In this document: piece after piece, positions 56,430 through 64,000 of the stretch
How the letters are laid out: each line of letters opens with the position of its first letter
Numbering within the stretch: the first letter of the stretch is position 1
NCBI GenBank assembly: GCA_944372415.1
Contig: CALVZA010000001.1
Location: 512-64,511, forward strand
Source: an uncultured Bacilli bacterium
GTDB taxonomy: Bacteria > Bacillota_I > Bacilli_A > RF39 > UBA660
Reading direction: 5' to 3'
DNA: 64,000 nucleotides
The notes under the pieces: model-generated
The model's input: the letters and a program-made list of their open reading frames with translations, nothing else
The model's database searches: none
What the model was told of the DNA's origin: nothing
Translations under genes and position numbers: made by a program

Positions 56430-56981
56430 TTATATTTCTCTCATAAAATCCTTATTTTTAAAAGGATTTTTTTTATCTATTCTATCTACAAATAATATTC
56501 CATCTAGATGATCTAGTTCATGTTGAAATGCAACCGCAATATCTTCACGAACTCTTATTGTAAATTTATTTCCATCTATATCATACGCTTCAACAGTAAT
56601 TCTAGCATTTCTAGGAACTATTCCTGTAACAGGTCTGTTTACACTTAAACATCCTTCCCCCTCACCAACATAAATTAATTCCTCACTTCTAGAAATTACT
56701 TTAGGGTTAATTAATACATATCTTTTAAATTCAGAATTTTCTAATTCTTCAGATATTACAAATATTCTTTTCAAAATACCAATTTGAACAAACGAAAGAC
56801 CCATTCCTGCTCTTAAATCATATTTTTCTATATATTCATCTATTTGACTCATTTCCAAATAAGTTAAAGAATCATCAATTAATTTTTTAGTTTCATCATC
56901 TAATGGAAAAGTAACATCTTTACTTTTTTTTCTTAAAATTTTATTAGACTCATCTAATATTTTTATATTTGGTAACTCCAT
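56430..56981 (-). CDS. def: peptide deformylase
   Basis: GMGLSFVQIG, EGCLS, HELDHL. Start at the ATG preceded by GAGGTGGA (M16 of the ORF-track translation). Confidence 0.92.
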   Translation of the reverse strand: MELPNIKILDESNKILRKKSKDVTFPLDDETKKLIDDSLTYLEMSQIDEYIEKYDLRAGMGLSFVQIGILKRIFVISEELENSEFKRYVLINPKVISRSEELIYVGEGEGCLSVNRPVTGIVPRNARITVEAYDIDGNKFTIRVREDIAVAFQHELDHLDGILFVDRIDKKNPFKNKDFMREI

Positions 56982-57427
56982 ATTGCTCCACCTCTTACGT
57001 GAGTATTTTAGCAAAAAAATATTCAATTTGCAAATTAAAATAACTGATAAACATTATCTTAGAAAAAGATAAAAATAAATATTGAATAAATAAAAGAAAA
57101 TCATTTTAATTTGCCAAATAAATTTAAATTAAAAAAAGGGTAAATTAGTTTTTATATGCAATAATTTATAATAAAAAAGGAAAAAATATGATTTAATAGT
57201 TCATTTAATCATATTTTTAAAATTATTGTTTTTTAAGTTAATAACACTGGGAGCATCCTAGATTTATGAGTTATAATCCTCATTCAGCAATATCAAAAAT
57301 TGTGTAGAAAAACATTAAATTTTTGAAAAAATAATAAATTTTTGTACCATAAAAAGTGTTAAATTTTAATATTTAGCATATTTTTTTTATTTTTTGTGAT
57401 AAAATTAATTAAAGAAAGAGTGATAGT

Positions 57428-57952
57428 ATGTTTGATAAATTTGTACCTGATATATATGCTAAAAGTATTTATACAATTGATTATAAGAGTTTAAAAAAAA
57501 GTAAAGTTAAATGTTTAATATTTGATTTGAATAATACTATTGCACCTTTGACATTAAAAAAACCAAATAAGAAGTTAATAGATTTATTTGAAGAATTAAA
57601 AGATATGAAATTTAAAATATATATAGTTAGTAATAGTACTAAGAAGAGAGTAGAACCTTTTAAAGATATTTTATGTGTTGATTCATCTTATTTATCTATG
57701 AAACCTAGTTTAAGAAAATATAAAAAAATATTTGAAATAAATAAGTTTAAAGATAATGAAATAGCATGTATTGGAGATGAATTAATGACTGATATATGGG
57801 CTGCTAATAGAATGAATTTTGTTAGTATTTTAGTAAATCCTATAGGGACTAAAGAATATGTTTCTACTAAATTTGGTCGTTTATTTGAAAATTTTATAAT
57901 AAATAAATTAACTAATAAGAAACTTTTTAGAAGAGGTAAGTATTATGAATAA
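57428..57952 (+). CDS. yqeG: YqeG family HAD-IIIA phosphatase
   Basis: KCLIFDLNNTI (DxDxT-like), VSNS, GDELMTDI. yqeG-yqeH synteny. Confidence 0.85.
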   Translation: MFDKFVPDIYAKSIYTIDYKSLKKSKVKCLIFDLNNTIAPLTLKKPNKKLIDLFEELKDMKFKIYIVSNSTKKRVEPFKDILCVDSSYLSMKPSLRKYKKIFEINKFKDNEIACIGDELMTDIWAANRMNFVSILVNPIGTKEYVSTKFGRLFENFIINKLTNKKLFRRGKYYE

Positions 57953-58907
57953 AATATGCTTTGGTTGTGGTAGTACTTTACAAAGTATTAATGAATTAGA
58001 ACAAGGTTATGTTAGTACTGATAAAATAAATGATGCTAAATATTGTAAAAGATGTTATAGACTTACACATTATGGAGAACTTATAAATAATGATAATGAA
58101 AAGAGTATTAAAACTATAATAGATACTGTTAATAAAGACAATACTTTTAAAATATACATAGTAGATTTTTTAAATATTAATAATAATACTATAGATATTT
58201 ATAATAAGATAAAAGGTAATAAATTATTTCTAATTAGTAAAATAGATTTAATTAGTAATTCTATTAATATAAATAGAATAATAGAAAATATTAAGAAAGT
58301 TTATAATATATATAGTGTTAAATGTATTAGTACATTAAAAAAATATGGAATAAATAATTTAATTAATTATTTAGATATTAATAATATAAAAAAATGTACT
58401 ATACTAGGTCCTACTAATAGTGGTAAAAGTAGTTTTATAAATAAATTAATTGAATTATATAATCCTAAATTAAATAAATTAACTATTTCTAATAGAAGAA
58501 ATACTACATTAGAATTTATAAATATTAAGTTAAATAATAATTTAACTATTATAGATAGTCCTGGTTTTTTAATTAAAGATTATGGTCTAAAAAGTAAATA
58601 TAAAAACATTATTAAACCAATTACTTTTAATATGAAAACTAATGAAGTATTATGTATAGATAAATTTTATATTAAGTTTAGTAATAATACTAGTATTACT
58701 ATATATAGTTATGAAAATATTTATGTTAAAAAATATTATAAAGAAATAAATTTTGATTATAATATAGATATTGATAAAAATACAGATTTATGTATTAATG
58801 GATTTGGTATTTTAAGTATTAAAGAAAAGAATAATATTAGTATATTTAATTTAGATAAAGAATTATTTAGTATTAGAAAAAGTATATTTGGTGGTAATAA
58901 TGAATAA
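57945..58907 (+). CDS. yqeH: ribosome biogenesis GTPase YqeH (circularly permuted)
   Basis: N-terminal zinc ribbon CFGCGS...CKRCYRL; G4 precedes G1 (GPTNSGKSS) and DSPG. Confidence 0.85.
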   Translation: MNKICFGCGSTLQSINELEQGYVSTDKINDAKYCKRCYRLTHYGELINNDNEKSIKTIIDTVNKDNTFKIYIVDFLNINNNTIDIYNKIKGNKLFLISKIDLISNSININRIIENIKKVYNIYSVKCISTLKKYGINNLINYLDINNIKKCTILGPTNSGKSSFINKLIELYNPKLNKLTISNRRNTTLEFINIKLNNNLTIIDSPGFLIKDYGLKSKYKNIIKPITFNMKTNEVLCIDKFYIKFSNNTSITIYSYENIYVKKYYKEINFDYNIDIDKNTDLCINGFGILSIKEKNNISIFNLDKELFSIRKSIFGGNNE

Positions 58908-60672
58908 TAAGATACATATAATGAGCGAAAATCTTGCCAATAAAATTGCAGCAGGTGAAGTAATTGAAAGAGTAAGTAGTGTTGTTAAAGAATTAGTAGA
59001 AAATAGTATTGATGCTAAATCTAATAGTATTAGAATAGAACTTATAGATAGTGGTATTAAAAGTTTGACGGTTATTGATGATGGAATAGGAATGAATAAA
59101 AGTGATGCTCTTCTTGCTTTTTCTAGACATGCAACTAGCAAATTATTAAAAGATGATGATTTATTTTTTATTAATACATTAGGATTTAGAGGAGAAGCGC
59201 TGCCTAGTATAGCGAGTGTTTCTAAAGTGAAACTAAAGACTAGTACAGGTAGTGTTGGTACAGAAATTATTATTCATGGAGGCAAATTAATTAGTCAAAT
59301 AGATAGTGATGCTAGAATTGGTACTAGCTTTGAAGTAACTGATCTATTTTATAATACGCCTGCGAGATTAAAATATTTAAAAAGTGATACAACTGAATTA
59401 TCTAATATTGTTATGTATGTTGAAAAACTTGCTCTAACACATCCTGAAATTAAATTTAAACTTATAAATAATAATAAAGAAATAATTAGTACTAGTGGTA
59501 GTAATAATTTGCTTAAAACTATTTATGAAATATATGGTTATTTAGTTAGTAGCAATATGATTAAAATAAGTGCTAGTAATGAAGATTATGATATAGATGG
59601 TTATATTTGTAAACCTAGTATTTTAAAATCTAATAGAAATCATATGACTACTATTGTTAATGGAAGAATAGTTAGAAATGTGGAGTTAAATAAAGCTATT
59701 AATGATGGTTATTATACATATAAACCTGATATTAAATACCCTATAGTAGTATTAAATATTAGTACAGATCCCACTATAATAGATGTAAATATACATCCTA
59801 CTAAACAAGATATAAAGTTTTCTAAACAAATAGAATTAAATGAGTTAGTTACTAAGGCAATAAAAGATGCTTTATATAAGTCTATGTTAATCCCTAAAAT
59901 AGAAGTAAAAGAAACTAGTAGTAATAATGAAATAAATATTTTGAAAGAAGATGTTAAAGAATATGTTGTAAATAAAGAAATAAATGTATTAAATGATGAA
60001 CAGGTTAAGTTTGATTTTAAAAAAGTTACTAATGAAGTTGACGATAATACAGATACTAATACTCTTCTTAAAAAAAACGAAAGTATTAAAAAGTTAGAAT
60101 TATATGTATGCGGTTTAGTTATGGGAACTTATATTATATGTGAAAATGAAACTAATATGTATTTAATTGACCAACACGCTGCTCAAGAAAGAATAAATTA
60201 TGAAAGGTATTTAGAACACTTAACAAATACTAAAGTTAATACTACATCGCTTTTGATACCAATTACTATAGAACTTAGTCCGAGTGATTATATAAAGTTT
60301 ATAGAGAGAAAAGAAATATTAGATAACATGGGATTTGTTATAGAAGAATTTGGAATAAATACCATATTAATAAAAGAGCATCCTACTTGGTTATTAAGAG
60401 GTTTTGAACAAGAAAGTATAGAAAAACTTGTAGATTTAGTAATTAATGATTATAATGTTGATAGGATAAAGTTTAACGATTCTATTGCAAAAACTTTAGC
60501 ATGTAAAATGAGTGTTAAAGGTAATACAAGAATTACTAATGATGATATGCAAAGTATAATAAATGAACTTGTATTATGTGATAATCCTTATAATTGTCCT
60601 CATGGAAGACCAACAATAATAACATTTACAAAATATGAGTTAGAGAAAATGTTTAAAAGAGTAATGAATTAG
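58900..60672 (+). CDS. mutL: DNA mismatch repair protein MutL
   Basis: ANKIAAGEVIERVSSVVKELVENSIDA, DDGIGM, GFRGEAL; C-terminal dimerisation domain with DQHAAQERI. Confidence 0.95.
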   Translation: MNNKIHIMSENLANKIAAGEVIERVSSVVKELVENSIDAKSNSIRIELIDSGIKSLTVIDDGIGMNKSDALLAFSRHATSKLLKDDDLFFINTLGFRGEALPSIASVSKVKLKTSTGSVGTEIIIHGGKLISQIDSDARIGTSFEVTDLFYNTPARLKYLKSDTTELSNIVMYVEKLALTHPEIKFKLINNNKEIISTSGSNNLLKTIYEIYGYLVSSNMIKISASNEDYDIDGYICKPSILKSNRNHMTTIVNGRIVRNVELNKAINDGYYTYKPDIKYPIVVLNISTDPTIIDVNIHPTKQDIKFSKQIELNELVTKAIKDALYKSMLIPKIEVKETSSNNEINILKEDVKEYVVNKEINVLNDEQVKFDFKKVTNEVDDNTDTNTLLKKNESIKKLELYVCGLVMGTYIICENETNMYLIDQHAAQERINYERYLEHLTNTKVNTTSLLIPITIELSPSDYIKFIERKEILDNMGFVIEEFGINTILIKEHPTWLLRGFEQESIEKLVDLVINDYNVDRIKFNDSIAKTLACKMSVKGNTRITNDDMQSIINELVLCDNPYNCPHGRPTIITFTKYELEKMFKRVMN

Positions 60673-60684
60673 AAAGGGTATGTT

Positions 60685-60795
60685 ATGAAAGATATATTAG
60701 AAGATGATAAATCATTTTATTTTATAGTAGGTTTAGCTTTAATAATTCCTATTATAATAGGCTTAGTTTATGTTTTTTCAGTTGTTTATTTATAA
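60685..60795 (+). CDS. possible 36-aa single-TM micro-protein
   Basis: Not in the ORF track. MKDILEDDKSFYFIVGLALIIPIIIGLVYVFSVVYL behind GAAAGGG. Confidence 0.3.
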   Translation: MKDILEDDKSFYFIVGLALIIPIIIGLVYVFSVVYL

Positions 60796-60884
60796 AATAA
60801 TCATATTTATATATGTAAATATATTTATTTTATCTTTTTTTTTAAAATAAAGTATAGTAAAATGATTATAGTAAGGTGATACTA

Positions 60885-62132
60885 ATGTATGAAATTATAA
60901 AAAAACAGAAATTATTTTTTATTTCTTTAATTGGCATAGTCGTTATAAGTATGATTCTATTAACAACTTATGCGTATCAAACATTAGAAGTGGATTATAA
61001 AGGTAATGAAGAATTGAATGTTAATGCAGGAGTATTAGATGTTGCATTTACTTCTACTAGAAGAATAAATTTACAAAATATGCCTTTATTAAATGATTAT
61101 AATACATCTGATTATACTGAATTTATAATTGATAATTCTAAAAGTACAGGTGATGTTTCATATAAGATAAGATTAGTAAATCTAGAATATAGTAATGAAT
61201 TGATTTCTAATGATTTTAAATATACTATAGTTAAAGTTGATAAAAATAATAATTTAAATGTAATTGGAGAAGGGGACTTTTCAGATTTAGTTTCTAATGA
61301 ATATGATTTTAAATTTAACGATGGAAATTATATAGAAATAAAACAAGGTAATAAAGATAAAATAAGATTATATTTATGGTTAAAAGAGAGTGAAAATGAT
61401 CAAAATTATTTAGAAAATACTAATTTTAAAGGAGTAATTGAAATTAATAGTGTGTTTTCTAAAGATTTAGATGAAGAAGTATTTACTAAATTTAATATAT
61501 ATGGAAATACTGTTATTAATTACAAAAATAATACAAGCGAACAGTCAGTTTTAAATCCAGCAGAAATAAAGTCTTTAGGTACTTTAGTAGAAGATCAAAA
61601 TAGTATTTATTATGGCAAATATAAAATAAATATTATTAATATTGACGGCAAAGTAAATTCTATTTATTTAAATGAACCATTAAGATGTATTAATGAAGTA
61701 TGTGATTATATTGATGCTATTAAGAAAAAAGTAGTTAGAAAAATTGGTGTTAAAAAATTAAATGAGTTTGAATGGAATTTAGAAAATGATAATAATTTAA
61801 AAGTATATGCTAATATACCAACTGATTTAAATATTAAAAATGATGTAATGTATACAGAAATAACTAAATATAACCCTAATACTAGTGATTATATTAATGG
61901 AGTTGGTAATAATACTGTTTATTTAGATAATAGTATAGGATTATCTATAACTGATTTTAAATCTTTAGAAGAATTTAATAATTATATTAGTAGCAATAAT
62001 GTAAGTTTATATTATCAGTTAGCAAATCAAGATGAAACAGAAAATATTATAGCTGATTTATATTCAATTATTAATAGAAATATAAAAGTTAATGATGGAA
62101 TTATAGATTCGTCTAATATTGAAATTAAATAG
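60885..62132 (+). CDS. TasA/camelysin-like N-terminal module with SipW-type signal, fused to a ~200-aa C-terminal extension (415 aa)
   Basis: ATG at 60885 after AAGGTGA. ...MILLTTYAYQ signal; LNVNAGVLDVAF, YKIRLVNLEY, IRLYLWLKESENDQNYLENTNFKGVIEINSV. Confidence 0.5.
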   Translation: MYEIIKKQKLFFISLIGIVVISMILLTTYAYQTLEVDYKGNEELNVNAGVLDVAFTSTRRINLQNMPLLNDYNTSDYTEFIIDNSKSTGDVSYKIRLVNLEYSNELISNDFKYTIVKVDKNNNLNVIGEGDFSDLVSNEYDFKFNDGNYIEIKQGNKDKIRLYLWLKESENDQNYLENTNFKGVIEINSVFSKDLDEEVFTKFNIYGNTVINYKNNTSEQSVLNPAEIKSLGTLVEDQNSIYYGKYKINIINIDGKVNSIYLNEPLRCINEVCDYIDAIKKKVVRKIGVKKLNEFEWNLENDNNLKVYANIPTDLNIKNDVMYTEITKYNPNTSDYINGVGNNTVYLDNSIGLSITDFKSLEEFNNYISSNNVSLYYQLANQDETENIIADLYSIINRNIKVNDGIIDSSNIEIK

Positions 62133-62134
62133 TA

Positions 62135-62168
62135 AATGATAGATTGATTTAAAACTATCATTTTTTTT
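62135..62168 (+). terminator. intrinsic terminator
   Basis: aatgatag/ctatcatt stem merging into a T run. Confidence 0.7.
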
Positions 62169-62201
62169 ATTTGTATTGTATAATTTAATAGGTGATTAAA
62201 A

Positions 62202-62729
62202 TTGAAAAATATTGATATAAAAAAAGAAAAACATACTTATAAAGATTCATTAAGAGAACTAATACCATATGCTGTTATAATAATAGTTGTTGTTTTAATA
62301 AGAACATTTTTAGTAACTCCTATAAAAGTAAATGGTACAAGTATGACTAATACTTTACAACATGGAGATACTATGATTTTAAATAAAATTGGTATGAAAA
62401 TAAGTGATATTAAAAGATTTCAAATAGTTGTTATCAAAACAGATGAATCATATTTAATAAAGAGAGTTATAGGTTTACCTGGAGAAACTATAAAATATAG
62501 TGACGGAAAGTTATATATAAATAATAAAGTAATTAATGATCCATATTATAAAGATAATACAGAAGATTTTGATGAAGTAAAAATTCCTGAAGATAATTAT
62601 TTTGTAATGGGAGATAATAGAAATAATTCTAAAGATAGTAGAATTATTGGTACTATAAAAAAAGAAGATATTTTAGGAACTACTAAGTTAATTATATTTC
62701 CAATAAGTGATATAGGTATAGCTAAGTAA
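62202..62729 (+). CDS. lepB: signal peptidase I (bacterial P-type, Ser-Lys dyad)
   Basis: TTG start after AGGTGA. VNGTSMTNTL (Ser), LIKRVIGLPGE (Lys), GDNRNNSKDSR. Confidence 0.9.
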   Translation: MKNIDIKKEKHTYKDSLRELIPYAVIIIVVVLIRTFLVTPIKVNGTSMTNTLQHGDTMILNKIGMKISDIKRFQIVVIKTDESYLIKRVIGLPGETIKYSDGKLYINNKVINDPYYKDNTEDFDEVKIPEDNYFVMGDNRNNSKDSRIIGTIKKEDILGTTKLIIFPISDIGIAK

Positions 62730-62736
62730 AGTATAA

Positions 62737-63249
62737 ATGGTAGTATATATGTTTTATTTAGGTCAATTATTAGGTTTTATAGCCTTATTATTTTTAATAT
62801 TAAGTTTACAAAAAAATAATAAAGATAAATTATTAAAATATCAAATTTTTGCTAATATATTTTTTATTTTTCAATATTTATGTTTGAATGCAATAACTGG
62901 TTCTTTTATATACTTAGTAGTTTTAATTAGAAATCTTATATTTAAAAAGTTAAAAAACAATATTCCGATTTCATATTTACTTATTATTTTGTTTTTAATT
63001 ATTATATTATCTTATTTTTCTTATAAAGATATATTTAGTTTATTGCCAACAGTTGCTTCTATTATGTATAGTTTTGCTTTATGGCAAAAAAAATTATCAA
63101 TAACAAGACTTATAGAAATTTTTTCGTGTGTATTATTTATTATATATAATATTCATGTATTGGCAATAGGAGCCTTAATATCTACATTATTAGAAATGAT
63201 ATCTGGATTTATTGCAATATACAGATATGATATAAAAAATGAAAAGTAG
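62737..63249 (+). CDS. YgjV-like inner membrane protein
   Basis: Five or six TM helices. N-terminus LGQLLGFIALLFLILSLQ...LLKYQIFANIFFIFQY resembles the YgjV family. Confidence 0.5.
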   Translation: MVVYMFYLGQLLGFIALLFLILSLQKNNKDKLLKYQIFANIFFIFQYLCLNAITGSFIYLVVLIRNLIFKKLKNNIPISYLLIILFLIIILSYFSYKDIFSLLPTVASIMYSFALWQKKLSITRLIEIFSCVLFIIYNIHVLAIGALISTLLEMISGFIAIYRYDIKNEK

Positions 63250-63257
63250 GTGAAGTT

Positions 63258-64000
63258 ATGAATTTTAACGATTTAAGTTTTAAAGAAAAATTAGGACAAA
63301 TGTTTTTAATTGGACTTGGTATAGATGAAGTTAATGATGAAATAATTGAATTAATTAAAGAATATAAAATAGGTGGTATTGTTTTATATAGAAAAAACTA
63401 TAATTCTGTTTCTAATATGATAGATGTAATTAATAAATTAAAAAAAATAAATAAAGCTAATAATATACCTTTATTTATTGCGATAGATCAAGAAAATGGT
63501 AGAGTAAATAGATTTCCTAAAGAATTACATCGTATTAAAAGTCCATTAAACCAGGCAAAAACTAGAGATATGAATATTATTAATGAAGTAAATGAAATAA
63601 CAGTTAATATATTAAAAAGTGTTGGTATAAATATGAATTTTGCCCCATGTTTAGATATTATTAGGGATGAATATAGTAAATCAATTGGAAATAGAAGTTA
63701 TGGAAAAAATAAAGAAGATGTTATTAAATATGGTATTCCGTTTATGAAAATGTTGCAAGATAATAATATTATTTCTGTTATAAAACATTTTCCAGGGCAT
63801 GGAGCTACTAATATTGATAGTCATTATTTTATTCCTAAAATAAAAGATTTAGATAATTTATTAAAAAATGATATTAAAGTATTTGAGAATGCTATTAATA
63901 ATAATGCTGATGCAATTATGATTGGACATTTAAAGTTAAAAGGATTTGGTTTAAAACCTGCTACAATAAATAAAAAGATAATAAAGAAATATTTATTGAA
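63258..64000 (+). CDS. nagZ: beta-N-acetylhexosaminidase NagZ (GH3), N-terminal part; continues past the window
   Basis: Not in the ORF track because it is open-ended. LGQMFLIG, IDQENGRVNRF, KHFPGHGAT. Confidence 0.85.
   Translation, partial: MNFNDLSFKEKLGQMFLIGLGIDEVNDEIIELIKEYKIGGIVLYRKNYNSVSNMIDVINKLKKINKANNIPLFIAIDQENGRVNRFPKELHRIKSPLNQAKTRDMNIINEVNEITVNILKSVGINMNFAPCLDIIRDEYSKSIGNRSYGKNKEDVIKYGIPFMKMLQDNNIISVIKHFPGHGATNIDSHYFIPKIKDLDNLLKNDIKVFENAINNNADAIMIGHLKLKGFGLKPATINKKIIKKYLL

Noticed and set aside
57253-57280. GCATCCTAGATTTATGAGTTATAATCCT in the 400-bp def/yqeG spacer, considered as a dif (XerCD) site. The spacer was also considered as a replication terminus or origin.
   Set aside because: Only the left arm resembles the B. 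subtilis dif left arm (about 8/11). The right arm matches only TTAT. Gene orientation does not switch across the region, and no DnaA-box clusters were seen. I found no other convincing structure in 57027-57427.
62202-62729. The signal peptidase next to TasA-like gene 4, considered as a SipW ortholog (a tasA-sipW-like operon).
   Set aside because: The sequence has the bacterial P-type Ser-Lys signature (GTSM ... KRVIGLPGE ... GDNRNNSKDSR), not the ER/archaeal-type Ser-His SipW pattern. It has its own promoter and follows a terminator.

Overview
This 64 kb window is chromosomal core from a very AT-rich Bacillota (Firmicutes) genome, roughly one-quarter GC by eye. It uses the standard genetic code: TGA acts as a stop, several ATGA stop/start overlaps occur, and Trp is TGG. 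About 75 genes are tightly packed and almost all lie on the + strand. The order is a patchwork of blocks syntenic with Bacillus subtilis. These are frr; ireB-ruvX-yrzB-mltG-yrrM-yrrN-yrrO-greA; yqfC-yqfD...ybeY-cdd-era-yqzL-recO; hrcA-grpE-dnaK-(pepF)-dnaJ; and yvcK-whiA. They continue with sufC-sufD-like-sufS-sufU; mraZ-rsmH-ftsL-pbp2B; lon; ruvAB; ftsEX plus an M23 peptidase; def; yqeG-yqeH; mutL; a signal peptidase; and nagZ. Sporulation-linked genes (yqfC, yqfD, a YjcZ-like peptide, whiA) suggest an endospore-former with a reduced genome. I saw no rRNA, tRNA, CRISPR array or intact mobile element. The most unusual content is a dispersed family of four secreted proteins with a TasA/camelysin-like, SipW-type 'TYAYF' signal and N-terminal module. 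They sit at 12919, 44805, 52658 and 60885, each with its own promoter and inserted between housekeeping blocks. The largest (746 aa) carries a 120-nt adenine-depleted, NNC-codon island near its C-terminus that looks like a diversity-generating-retroelement (DGR) variable region. No reverse transcriptase or template repeat is present in the window. Other points of interest are listed here.
- An orphan Flp/class-III-signal pilin-like gene.
- A Fic module.
- dinD inserted into the era-recO block.
- A zinc-ligand-less cdd paralog.
- Two MurE paralogs, one coupled to an M14 peptidase.
- A short AlaRS lacking the C-terminal third.
- A minimal SUF cluster.
- Dual CIRCE operators.
- A 10-bp-phased GTGG triplet upstream of mraZ.
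- A promoter-to-terminator unit downstream of greA that may be a small RNA or leader.
All calls rest on reading the sequence and the ORF translations by eye; no searches were run. Start codons were adjusted where a Shine-Dalgarno sequence supported a different start from the ORF track.
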